NCBI GenBank assembly: GCA_902469965.1
Contig: CABREP010000001.1
Span: forward strand, 26,807-90,806
Length of the DNA: 64,000 bases
Origin: an uncultured Lachnospiraceae bacterium
GTDB taxonomy: Bacteria > Bacillota > Clostridia > Lachnospirales > Lachnospiraceae
Reading direction: 5' to 3'
The notes under the pieces were generated by a model, which did no database searches, was not told the origin of the DNA, and saw nothing but the letters and a program-made list of their open reading frames with translations. The position numbers and the translations under genes are program-made. Shown here piece by piece: positions 8,230 through 17,020 of this stretch. Each line of letters begins with the position of its first letter. The stretch's first letter is position 1.

Positions 8230-10050
8230 ATGAAGAAACGTATTACAGAAGTTCTGGGTATTGACGTTCTTCCCAATTACTGGGACAAACGGTATGTGAA
8301 AAACCTGGATAAATTATCCAGACCCAAGTATGAAGTGGAGCTGCATTCCGACGTGTGGCTGACTTTAAGAGACGGCACAAGAATGTGCACCGATGTATAT
8401 CTGCCCAAGGGAGCAGGAAAGGTTCCGGCGCTGGTAAGCTGGTCTGCATACAGCAAGGAGATGCAGGGCTTAAAGCGCGGCGCGATTCCGCCCGAGTCTC
8501 TGGTTTTTGACCATTCCCTGGAAGCCGGTGACATCGATTATTTTGTAAGCAGAGGATATGCCTACATTATTCCCGATCCCCGTGGAATCGGCAAGAGCGA
8601 GGGAGAATGGTATGGTACATACAATCCTCAGGAACACCTGGACACCTATGATCTGATCGAATGGTGTGCAGAGCAGGATTGGTGTGATGAAAACGTAGGT
8701 ATGATTGGATACTCTTACTTTGGTATCTGTCAGATCCTGGCAGCGGCACAGCAGCCGCCTCATCTGAGATGTATCATGCCCTGTTCTTTCGTAGATGACT
8801 ATTATCAGCACGGATATTATGGCGGCGTTCCCACCACTTACATGACTATTTACTGGGAACTGTGTCCGTCCCATCATCCGGTGCCCTGGTCACTGAAGAT
8901 GTACGGCGAGGAGAAGGTTAAGGAAATGATGGCAGACCGCCTGAAGGATCCTGATATTGCCTGCAACTCCTATTTCCAGAAAATCCTGACCACCTGGCCG
9001 CCGTATTACCATACCTTCTATCTGGATTTCCTGCTGCATCCCCTTGACTGTGATTATTGGAAGCAGCGTTCTGCAAATCAGATGTATGAGAAGGTAAAAG
9101 TTCCGGTTTACCTGCACTGTGCCTGGTCCCCGCTAGGAAGATGGTCTGCGCCGATCTTCTCCGCTATGAATGATGACCGTCTCTCCTGCCCGAAACGTCT
9201 CGGCGTTCTGGAAGGTTACGACGGACTGGAACTGCCTTACCGGGCTCTGAATGAAGAGTGCCTGCGCTGGTACGATCACTGGCTGAAAGGTGTGGACACC
9301 GGTATCATGGATGAGCCTCCGTATAAATTCTCCGTATTGAACGGCGGAATGCGTTATGAGCACGAGTGGCCGCTGGCGAGAACCGACTGGAGAAAGATGT
9401 ATCTGCGCTCCTTCGGAAGACTGCGCTGGGATCAGGAGCCGGACAGCGATCTGCCGCCGGATGGATTTACCCATATGCCGCCCACCATTTCCACAACGAT
9501 CAACAATCTGGTTTACAAATCTTCCAGATTCCCCTGTGCACAGGAGATCACAGGACCGATCGAACTGCATCTGTGGGCTGCTATCGATACAGACGATGCC
9601 AACTTTGTATGTAACCTGTTTGATGTTCTGCCGGATGGAACCCGGATGCCGCTTCTGCGCTACGGTTCCCTGAGAGCTTCTCATCCCCTGGATAAGGAGA
9701 AATCCAAGATTGGCCGTCCGGTACATGACAACAGTGTTTCCATCCCGGTTGTACCCGGAGAAATCAATGAGTATGTGATTGAGATCAATCCTACTTCCAT
9801 GATTATCCCCGCCGGACACTGGCTGGAGCTGGAGATCACCAGCATGAATCCGGAAGCCAGATATCAGGAGTCCTGGACCGGAAAAGTGGGCAATATGAAT
9901 GTTGTTCCGAGAAATGTAACTACCAGCTATAAGATTTACAGAGATCATAATCATCCTTCCTATTTACTGCTTCCGACGATTCCCTATACACCGGCAGAGA
10001 ACTGGCTGCAGCCGTTCTCCAATACCGATGAGATTGAAGTAGAGGATTAA
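8230..10050 (+). CDS. CocE/NonD family hydrolase (S15 peptidase-like alpha/beta hydrolase with C-terminal beta-sandwich)
   Basis: 606 aa with DVYLP...SWSAY...IIPDPRGIGKSEG...GYSYFG motifs. It is a paralog of the edge gene at 1-714. Confidence 0.9.
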   Translation: MKKRITEVLGIDVLPNYWDKRYVKNLDKLSRPKYEVELHSDVWLTLRDGTRMCTDVYLPKGAGKVPALVSWSAYSKEMQGLKRGAIPPESLVFDHSLEAGDIDYFVSRGYAYIIPDPRGIGKSEGEWYGTYNPQEHLDTYDLIEWCAEQDWCDENVGMIGYSYFGICQILAAAQQPPHLRCIMPCSFVDDYYQHGYYGGVPTTYMTIYWELCPSHHPVPWSLKMYGEEKVKEMMADRLKDPDIACNSYFQKILTTWPPYYHTFYLDFLLHPLDCDYWKQRSANQMYEKVKVPVYLHCAWSPLGRWSAPIFSAMNDDRLSCPKRLGVLEGYDGLELPYRALNEECLRWYDHWLKGVDTGIMDEPPYKFSVLNGGMRYEHEWPLARTDWRKMYLRSFGRLRWDQEPDSDLPPDGFTHMPPTISTTINNLVYKSSRFPCAQEITGPIELHLWAAIDTDDANFVCNLFDVLPDGTRMPLLRYGSLRASHPLDKEKSKIGRPVHDNSVSIPVVPGEINEYVIEINPTSMIIPAGHWLELEITSMNPEARYQESWTGKVGNMNVVPRNVTTSYKIYRDHNHPSYLLLPTIPYTPAENWLQPFSNTDEIEVED

Positions 10051-10063
10051 GGACAGCGAAAAG

Positions 10064-10108
10064 AGCAGCCCTTTCGGCACGAAAAATGCCGGGAGGGCTG
10101 TTCTTTCT
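10064..10108 (+). terminator. Rho-independent terminator
   Basis: AGCAGCCCT...AGGGCTGTT forms a stem with an inner CGGCA/TGCCG pairing, followed by a T-rich CTTTCT. A TGGTATAAT extended -10 follows at 10131-10139. Confidence 0.65.
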
Positions 10109-10198
10109 GTCTGGACGCTTATCAGCCCGCGTGGTATAATAAAAAACAGTCGCACAGCGTGCGCGGAAGGATAAGAATAAGAAGGAGCAAAAAAGAAG

Positions 10199-11083
10199 AT
10201 GGGACTGTTTGATAGATTTAAGAAGAAAAATCAGGAGGAAGAGGCCGTACAGGAAAAGAACACGGCACAGGACACCGCAGAAGAGCAGGTGCGGGATCCG
10301 GAAGAGAAGATGCAGGATCCGGCCCGGACAGTGCGGGAACGGGTGGAGGCTCAGCTGAAATGTTTCGAGGAAAATAAAAATGTGGAGGAGGGGCTTAAGC
10401 TTCTCCGGGAGCTTCTGGGCGATGTGGTCTGCATGCCTGTTACCATGTCCATGACCCTGGATGCTCTGGACAGCCTGAATGCGGGGAAGGATTTTAATCT
10501 GGATCAGGCGATGGATGTGAAGCCGGATGTCATCGCGGTAAATGGAAAAGAGAGAGCACTCCCGGTTTTCACCTCCCGGGATCGGATCCCCATGGATTAT
10601 CTGCAGAAAAAGCAGCTGTCGGTTACGGAGCTGTCTTTCCGGCAGGCCTGCCAGATGCTGGTGGAGGGAAAGGATAAGTATGACTGCATGGCCTTAAATC
10701 CCCACACTACGAATATGCGGGTTCCCAGAGAAGTGGCGGAATCTCTGATCCGCCGGGCAGAGCGGCCGAAGGCGGAGAAACTGCAGATCGGAGTGCTTCA
10801 GAACGTGCCGGAGAACCTGGCGGAAGCGGTGAAAAAAGTGGGTCAGGCGCACCCGGAGATCCGCCGGATCTTCCTGCAGTTTATGATTCAGAACCAGAAG
10901 AAGATCTTTCTTCTGGTGGTGGATGGAGAGGCGGAAGCACTGAAACAGACGCTGGGGGGACTGGCGGAGGAATTTAAGCAGGCTTCCGGCGGCACGTCTG
11001 CCGGTGTGGCCACCTTTGCGGGACAGATGAAGGTGATTCTGGAGCAGCACGAGGTGAAACCGGTCTACACGAAGGAAGGGTAA
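10199..11083 (+). CDS. Hypothetical protein, SseB-like (low-complexity acidic N-terminus)
   Basis: 294 aa. The core pattern ...VCMPV...ALPVFTSRDRIP... resembles the SseB N-domain. This assignment comes from memory of the family and is not verified. Confidence 0.55.
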   Translation: MGLFDRFKKKNQEEEAVQEKNTAQDTAEEQVRDPEEKMQDPARTVRERVEAQLKCFEENKNVEEGLKLLRELLGDVVCMPVTMSMTLDALDSLNAGKDFNLDQAMDVKPDVIAVNGKERALPVFTSRDRIPMDYLQKKQLSVTELSFRQACQMLVEGKDKYDCMALNPHTTNMRVPREVAESLIRRAERPKAEKLQIGVLQNVPENLAEAVKKVGQAHPEIRRIFLQFMIQNQKKIFLLVVDGEAEALKQTLGGLAEEFKQASGGTSAGVATFAGQMKVILEQHEVKPVYTKEG

Positions 11084-11085
11084 GC

Positions 11086-11838
11086 ATGGAAGCATACACG
11101 ATTTTTGCAGAAGTTTATGATCTGTTCATGGATAATATCGATTATTCCGGATGGGCGGATTACATCATCCGTCTGCTGCGGGAGCATGGGGTGAAAGAAG
11201 GGCTGGTGCTGGATCTGGGATGCGGAACAGGAACGATGACAGAACTGCTGGCAAAAGACGGCTACGATATGATCGGGGCGGATAATTCTCCGGAAATGCT
11301 GGAAATTGCCAGGGAGAAGCAGGTAGAGGAAGGACTGGATATCCTTTACCTTTTGCAGGATATGCGTTCTTTTGAACTTTACGGCACGGTGGCGGCTGTG
11401 GTGAGCTGCTGCGATTCCCTGAATTATATTCTGGAGGAAGAGGAACTGCTGCAGGTGTTCCGCCTGGTCAATAATTATCTGGATCCGGGAGGGATTTTCC
11501 TTTTTGACCTGAATACGGAATACAAATACCGGGAGGTGATCGGGGAAGATACGATCGCGGAAAACCGGGAGGAAGCAAGCTTTATCTGGGAAAATTATTA
11601 CGAGGAGAGCAGCAGGATCAATGAGTATGCGCTGACGCTTTTTGTCCGGGAGGAAGACGGAAGATACGCGAAGCAGGAAGAATTTCATTATCAGAGAGCC
11701 TGGACGCTGGAAGAGATCCGGCATCTCCTTGATCTGGCCGGGCTTAAGCTTCTGGCGGTATACCGGGCGTTTACGGAGGAGGAGCCGGACGGGAAGACAG
11801 AGCGTCTGCAGTTTGTAGTACAGGAGGTACAGAAATAG
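11086..11838 (+). CDS. Class I SAM-dependent methyltransferase
   Basis: 250 aa with motif I VLDLGCGTGTMT and a post-I acidic residue (GADNSPEML). The start lies 3 nt after the upstream stop. Confidence 0.9.
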   Translation: MEAYTIFAEVYDLFMDNIDYSGWADYIIRLLREHGVKEGLVLDLGCGTGTMTELLAKDGYDMIGADNSPEMLEIAREKQVEEGLDILYLLQDMRSFELYGTVAAVVSCCDSLNYILEEEELLQVFRLVNNYLDPGGIFLFDLNTEYKYREVIGEDTIAENREEASFIWENYYEESSRINEYALTLFVREEDGRYAKQEEFHYQRAWTLEEIRHLLDLAGLKLLAVYRAFTEEEPDGKTERLQFVVQEVQK

Positions 11839-11840
11839 CG

Positions 11841-12494
11841 ATGGCGGAAAAAGAAAAGCAAAAAGAAGTAACGCTCCAGGATCTGCTGGTGCTGGCGGAG
11901 GGCGGCCAGAGCCGGATCCGGCACGCGGTGGGTGTGTATTATGAAAATGGTTTATATACAGAAGTGGATTATAAAGAGGCGGCAAAATGGTATGAGAAGG
12001 CGGCTGCCCAGGGAAACGGAGATTCACAGACCCGCCTGGGGCTTTTTTATGCCCAGGGACTGGGAGTGGAAAAAGACACCGGAAAGGCGGCCGGATATTT
12101 CCGGCAGGGAGCGGAAAATGGAAACAGCAATGCCCAGTACAACCTGGCGCGCTGCTATGAGACAGGAACCGGTGTAAAGGAAGACGCGGGCCAGGCTCTC
12201 TCCTGGTATCTGAAATCCGCAAAGCAGGGAGATCCAAGATCTATGTGCTGTGTGGGGAATTATTATATGCAGGGACTCTGTGTGGAACAGAATTATAAGA
12301 AGGCCTTTCAGTGGTTTGAGAAGGCGGCCGGGGAAGAGATTCCGGCGGCGCAGTATAATCTGGCCATCCTTTATCAGTATGGCTGCGGAGTGGAAAAGGA
12401 CGAAGAAAAGGCGGCGCTCTGGATGGCGAAGGCGGCCCAGCGGAATTTCCCCCTGGCTGTACAGGCGCTCTCCGGAGAAAAAAAGGAGCTGTAA
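11841..12494 (+). CDS. Sel1-like repeat (SLR/TPR) protein
   Basis: At least five units of the form A..WY.KAA.QG...AQ..LG..Y..G.GV.KD are present. Confidence 0.9.
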   Translation: MAEKEKQKEVTLQDLLVLAEGGQSRIRHAVGVYYENGLYTEVDYKEAAKWYEKAAAQGNGDSQTRLGLFYAQGLGVEKDTGKAAGYFRQGAENGNSNAQYNLARCYETGTGVKEDAGQALSWYLKSAKQGDPRSMCCVGNYYMQGLCVEQNYKKAFQWFEKAAGEEIPAAQYNLAILYQYGCGVEKDEEKAALWMAKAAQRNFPLAVQALSGEKKEL

Positions 12495-12530
12495 TTTCGG
12501 ACAGAAACGAAAAAATAAAAAAAAGGAAAG

Positions 12531-12600
12531 ATATAGCATTGACAACTTTCTTTGTCAATGCTATATTTGTTTTGACAAGAAAAATTGTCAAAATGACAAG
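12531..12600. promoter_or_regulatory. Operator array of TTGACAA-N6-TTGTCAA palindromes upstream of the XRE regulator
   Basis: A perfect 15-bp inverted repeat ATATAGCATTGACAA-cttct t-TTGTCAATGCTATAT lies at 12531-12566. A second TTGACAA-gaaaaa-TTGTCAA lies at 12572-12591. A third TGACAA half-site lies at 12595-12600. Confidence 0.5.
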
Positions 12601-12643
12601 GAAAGTTGAAAAAACGAAAATTTTAGGGGGGGGGTAGAACTGG

Positions 12644-12859
12644 TTGCCGCTGAACAATCGAGTAAAAGAGCACCGGGCCAGGCTGAATGTAAACCAGGGA
12701 GAGCTGGGAAAGTTAGCTGGCGTTTCCCGCCAGACGATCAGTCTGATTGAGCGGGGGGATTATTCCCCGTCGGTAACACTGGCACTGAAACTGGCCAGGA
12801 TATTTGAAGTGCCTGTGGAGGAGATTTTTACCTACACAGATGAGGAGGAAGATTCATGA
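12644..12859 (+). CDS. XRE-family HTH transcriptional regulator (about 70 aa)
   Basis: The TTG start follows a G-rich RBS. The HTH is NQGELGKLAGVSRQTISLIERGDYSPSVTLALKLARIF. Confidence 0.9.
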   Translation: MPLNNRVKEHRARLNVNQGELGKLAGVSRQTISLIERGDYSPSVTLALKLARIFEVPVEEIFTYTDEEEDS

Positions 12860-13623
12860 GCGCAAAGAACTGGAAATCATATCTGAAATTAATTGGCTGC
12901 ATGGCTCTGGGCGCCTGTATAGGAATGGGGATCAACCTGACGACCCAGTATGTGGGAAGAGAGAATCTGGCAGCTTTCACAGACCAGGCCGGGAACTGGC
13001 TGGATCAGGCTTATCCAGCAATCGGAGCGGCAGTTCTGATTCTGACGATTCTGGCCGAGGCCGGAGGCATGCTTTTTCTGAGAGGACTGATAAAAAAAGC
13101 AGATCAGGCTGCCGGGGATGAAGAAATCGAAGCAATGGAGAACCGGGTGGAAAAATGGCAGGAAGGCCTGATAACTTTTTCTGCGCTGAGTGTGGCCGTC
13201 TCCGTTATTATGATCGGTCTGTACAAAGAGGAATCTCTGGAAACGCTGAAGGGGATCGCCGCCTACTTCCTTTCTTTTCTGGTTTCGGTCATTTTTCAGA
13301 CGATTATCATTCACCAGATGCAGAAGCGGGATCCTCGTCTGAAGGGAGATCCCAACGGTTTTCATTTCCAGAAAGATTTTATTAACAGCTGTGATGAGGC
13401 GGAGCGGATGCAGCTTTACCGGAGCGGTTATAAGACGTATCTTTTTATGGCCGGAGCCATGCCGTTTTTTCTGACAGTGGCTCTTATGATTAAGTTAATC
13501 TGGGGAACGGACAGCACGGCGGTCCTGCTGCTGGGGATCCTGTGGCTGCTTCAGATTATCGCAGCGAGGATCTACAGCAGAAAAGAGAAAAAAAGAAATG
13601 GCAAGGAGAGGGAGAGAGTATGA
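12856..13623 (+). CDS. Polytopic membrane protein, DUF3169-like (typical partner of small XRE regulators)
   Basis: 255 aa with about 6 hydrophobic segments. A 4-nt overlap with the XRE gene suggests coupling. The family call is from memory. Confidence 0.6.
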   Translation: MSAKNWKSYLKLIGCMALGACIGMGINLTTQYVGRENLAAFTDQAGNWLDQAYPAIGAAVLILTILAEAGGMLFLRGLIKKADQAAGDEEIEAMENRVEKWQEGLITFSALSVAVSVIMIGLYKEESLETLKGIAAYFLSFLVSVIFQTIIIHQMQKRDPRLKGDPNGFHFQKDFINSCDEAERMQLYRSGYKTYLFMAGAMPFFLTVALMIKLIWGTDSTAVLLLGILWLLQIIAARIYSRKEKKRNGKERERV

Positions 13624-14537
13624 GACTTGAAGTAAGCGAACTGCGGAAAAATTTTGGGGAGAAAGAAGTGCTCCACGGCGTTTCCTTTTCCATAGAAAGC
13701 GGCCGGGCGCTGGGGCTTCTGGGCCGGAACGGAGCGGGCAAGACCACGACGATCCGGATCCTGATGGATGTTTTCCGTGCCAACAGCGGAACGATCACCA
13801 TGGATGGAGAGAAGTTTGTGCCGTCCCGTTATCAGATCGGCTATCTGCCGGAAGAGCGGGGCTTATATCCCAAGAAGCGGGTGGATGAACAGATTGTTTA
13901 TCTGGCGGGACTGCGGGGAATGAGCCAGAAGGAAGCAAAGAAGAATATGAAATACTGGCTGGAGCGCATGGGTGTGGCCCAGTATGAGACGAGAAAGCTG
14001 GAAACCCTGTCAAAGGGCAATCAGCAGAAGGTACAGCTGGCACAGACCCTGGTTTGCGATCCGGACATCATTATTCTGGATGAGCCTTTTTCGGGCCTGG
14101 ATCCTGTCAATTCCCAGATTTTGAAGGAAGTGGTGCAGGAACAGATTGACAAAGGAAAACTGGTGATTTTCTCCAGCCATCAGATGAGCTACGTGGAAGA
14201 GTTCTGCCAGGATATCGTGATCATCAACCACGGCGATGTGGTTCTGTCCGGGGATCTGGCAGAGATCAAGCGCCAGTATGGAAAGAACCGCCTGTTTCTG
14301 GCGGCGGCGAACCGGGATCCCAAAGAGCTGGCAGAACTGGTGGAGCGTGAGCTGGAGGATCTGGTTACTGTTTATCAGACAGGAAAAAGAGGAGTGGTGC
14401 TGCAGCTTCTGCCCGGAAAAGACAAGAAGATGGTCTTATCTGCCCTGGCAGAGATGGATTTTGATCTGGAGAGCTTTGGCAATTATGAGCCGTCTCTGAC
14501 GGATATTTTTGTGGAAAGAGCAGGTGATGAGGCGTGA
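13620..14537 (+). CDS. ABC transporter ATP-binding protein (ABC-2/NatA-like with C-terminal DUF4162-like domain)
   Basis: It has Walker A GRNGAGKTT, signature LSKGNQQK and Walker B IIILDEP. ATG 13620 overlaps the upstream stop (ATGA). Confidence 0.9.
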   Translation: MRLEVSELRKNFGEKEVLHGVSFSIESGRALGLLGRNGAGKTTTIRILMDVFRANSGTITMDGEKFVPSRYQIGYLPEERGLYPKKRVDEQIVYLAGLRGMSQKEAKKNMKYWLERMGVAQYETRKLETLSKGNQQKVQLAQTLVCDPDIIILDEPFSGLDPVNSQILKEVVQEQIDKGKLVIFSSHQMSYVEEFCQDIVIINHGDVVLSGDLAEIKRQYGKNRLFLAAANRDPKELAELVERELEDLVTVYQTGKRGVVLQLLPGKDKKMVLSALAEMDFDLESFGNYEPSLTDIFVERAGDEA

Positions 14538-15787
14538 AACAGTTTTTAAAGGTTTTAAGATTTGAGTTAAATAACTACACGAAGAATAAAGGATTTGTGA
14601 TGACAACGGTTCTTCTTGCTCTTCTGGCTGTGATTGGAATTGCAGCTCCCACGATCTATCAGAACATTACCGGAAAAGAGGAGGGAAAACAGGAAGAGGT
14701 ACAGGAGGCCGGAACAGAAGGGAAGATGGCACTGGCAGAACCTGGTGCGCTTGCCGGAACAGCCCGGGCGGTGGCGGAAAGGATGCCCCAGTATCAGTGG
14801 GAATTTATTGAGGCGGAGAAAGAAGAGGCGCTGGAACAGGTGAAGGATCTGGTGGAGAAGGGAGAAGCCGAGGGGGGCTTTGTCCTGGATCCGGATGGAA
14901 ACTATACCTATGTGGTGGAAAATCTCTCAATGCAGGATTCTGCCAGGGAAGAATTCCAGGCGGCTCTTCAGTCGGTCGGCGTAAACCGTTTTCTGGGAGA
15001 AAAGGGAGTGGACTTAAAAGAGTACGCTGCAGTGGCAGCCTGGGTGCCGGTGGGAGAAGATGTGATCCTGGGCAAAGACGGGATCAACAATTTTCTTTAC
15101 ACTTATGTGATGGTGTTCGTTCTGTATTTCCTGATCCTCTTCTATGGACAGATGATCGCTACGTCCATCACGACGGAGAAGAGCAACCGGGCCATTGAGA
15201 TCCTGGTGACCAGCGTGGACAGCACCAGCCTGATCTTTGGAAAAGTGCTGGCAGGAGCGATCGCCGGTCTGGTTCAGACGGCGGTGATTCTGGGCGGCGC
15301 CGTACTTTCCTACCGCTTCCTGGGAAGCGGATGGAACGGACAGCTGGATATGCTTTTTCATATTCCCGGTGAAGTGTGGGCCAGCTTCCTGGTATTCGGC
15401 CTTCTGGGGTATCTCTTATACGCCTTTGCCTTTGGAATGCTGGGAGCGCTGGTGTCAAAGACGGAGGACATCAGCAAGAGCGCTACGCCGCTTATGCTGG
15501 TATTCATCGCTGCATTTCTGATCACCATGTGGAGCCTCTCCAACGTGGACAGTGTGCTGATGCAGGTGGCTTCTTATGTGCCTTTTACTTCCTGCATGGC
15601 TATGCTGGCGCGGATCGCCATGGGCGGCGTGGGGATCGGCGGCATTCTCCTGTCAGGAGGAATCCTGGCGGCTTCCTGCCTGCTGATGGGCTGGCTTGCG
15701 GCGAAGGTATTCCGCTTTGGAACTCTGATGTACGGAAATCCTATCAAGCTGACCAGGGCGCTCCGTCAGATGAAAAATCAGGATTAA
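14534..15787 (+). CDS. ABC-2 type transporter permease (NatB-like)
   Basis: 417 aa with an N-terminal TM, a large extracytoplasmic loop and then 5 TM segments. The GTG start overlaps the ATPase stop. Confidence 0.85.
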   Translation: MKQFLKVLRFELNNYTKNKGFVMTTVLLALLAVIGIAAPTIYQNITGKEEGKQEEVQEAGTEGKMALAEPGALAGTARAVAERMPQYQWEFIEAEKEEALEQVKDLVEKGEAEGGFVLDPDGNYTYVVENLSMQDSAREEFQAALQSVGVNRFLGEKGVDLKEYAAVAAWVPVGEDVILGKDGINNFLYTYVMVFVLYFLILFYGQMIATSITTEKSNRAIEILVTSVDSTSLIFGKVLAGAIAGLVQTAVILGGAVLSYRFLGSGWNGQLDMLFHIPGEVWASFLVFGLLGYLLYAFAFGMLGALVSKTEDISKSATPLMLVFIAAFLITMWSLSNVDSVLMQVASYVPFTSCMAMLARIAMGGVGIGGILLSGGILAASCLLMGWLAAKVFRFGTLMYGNPIKLTRALRQMKNQD

Positions 15788-15855
15788 AAAAAGATCAGGT
15801 ATAAAGCCCCGCAGAAGGTGCATACTTATGAAAAAGACAGTTGGAGGGTGTACTT

Positions 15856-16290
15856 ATGTGGGGAATTCTGATCGCTTTGCTCTCCGGTGCGCTTATGAGC
15901 GTACAGGGAGTGTTTAATACAGAAGTGACAAAACAGACCAGCCTGTGGGTATCCACAGGCTGGGTTCAGTTATCCGCCTTTCTTGTATGTGTGGCGGCCT
16001 GGCTTTTCACCGGGCGGGAGCCGGTGGGAACGCTGCTGGAGGTGACGCCCAGATATACGCTGCTGGGAGGCGTGATTGGAGCCTTTATCACGGTGACGGT
16101 GATAAAAAGTATGGGAAGTCTGGGGCCGGCAAAGGCAGCCATGCTCATTGTGGTAGCACAGCTGGCGGTGGCTTACGTGATCGAGCTTTTCGGCATGTTC
16201 GGGATGGAAAAACAGCCGTTTTCTCTGAGAAAACTTCTGGGTATGGCGGTGGCCGTGGCGGGAATTATTATTTTCAAATGGGAAAAATAG
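15856..16290 (+). CDS. DMT superfamily transporter, YdcZ/DUF606-like
   Basis: About 144 aa with 4-5 TM segments. ATG 15856 follows a GGAGGG RBS. Confidence 0.75.
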   Translation: MWGILIALLSGALMSVQGVFNTEVTKQTSLWVSTGWVQLSAFLVCVAAWLFTGREPVGTLLEVTPRYTLLGGVIGAFITVTVIKSMGSLGPAKAAMLIVVAQLAVAYVIELFGMFGMEKQPFSLRKLLGMAVAVAGIIIFKWEK

Positions 16291-16420
16291 TTTTTCAGTG
16301 GTTTTTTACCGGACAGAGCCGGGAAATCCCTTGTAATTAAAGAAAAAATCCGATACAATAATTATAGCTGTGTACAAATTTCACCCAAAACCTGGCGGCG
16401 GTGCCGCAAAAGGAAGATGG

Positions 16421-17005
16421 ATGAGAGAAAAAAGAAAAGCAGGTTTTCTTCTGGCCTGTGTGCTGCTGATTCTGGCCGGGTGCGGAAAAGAAAAGCCCCG
16501 GCTTTTGCTGGAGGAGGAGACACAGGCGGAGGATCAGGAAGCAGAAGAGCGGGAGGAAGAAGGGGCGGAAGAGACAGAACCTGAAAAAGAGGAAGTTCTG
16601 GTCGTCTATGTCTGCGGGGCGGTAAATGCGCCCGGTGTCTATGAACTGGAACCGGGGGCACGGGTCTGCCGCGCGATCGAGGCGGCCGGCGGCCTGACCG
16701 GGGAGGCGGATCCTTCCAGGATCAATCAGGCGGCTCCCCTCTCCGACGGGGAGCAGATCACGGTTCCGGAAACAGGAGAGGAAGTGCCGGTGCCGGAGGG
16801 AAGTTCCGATTCCGGGAAGGTCAACATCAATACGGCGGGGAAGGAACAGCTGATGCAGCTTACCGGGATCGGTGAGACGAGGGCGGAGGCGATCCTTTCC
16901 TACCGGGAACAGCAGGGCCCTTTTCGCACCGTGGAAGATCTGATGAAGGTGGAAGGGATCAAGGAGAAGACCTGGGAGAAGATAAAAGAAGATATCACTG
17001 TGTAG
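16421..17005 (+). CDS. comEA: Competence protein ComEA (SLBB domain plus helix-hairpin-helix DNA-binding domain)
   Basis: It has VYVCGAVNAPGVYELEPGARV and INTAGKEQLMQLTGIGETRAEAILSYREQQGPF motifs. The preferred start MREKRKAGFLLACVLLILAGC gives a lipobox-like signal. Confidence 0.9.
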   Translation: MREKRKAGFLLACVLLILAGCGKEKPRLLLEEETQAEDQEAEEREEEGAEETEPEKEEVLVVYVCGAVNAPGVYELEPGARVCRAIEAAGGLTGEADPSRINQAAPLSDGEQITVPETGEEVPVPEGSSDSGKVNINTAGKEQLMQLTGIGETRAEAILSYREQQGPFRTVEDLMKVEGIKEKTWEKIKEDITV

Positions 17006-17020
17006 TAGGGAGAATAAGCT

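Noticed and set aside
11065-12237. A 390-aa minus-strand ORF.
   Set aside because: It is antisense to the methyltransferase and Sel1 genes. The product is Pro/Arg/Leu-rich with no recognisable domain. This is typical GC-driven open antisense frame.
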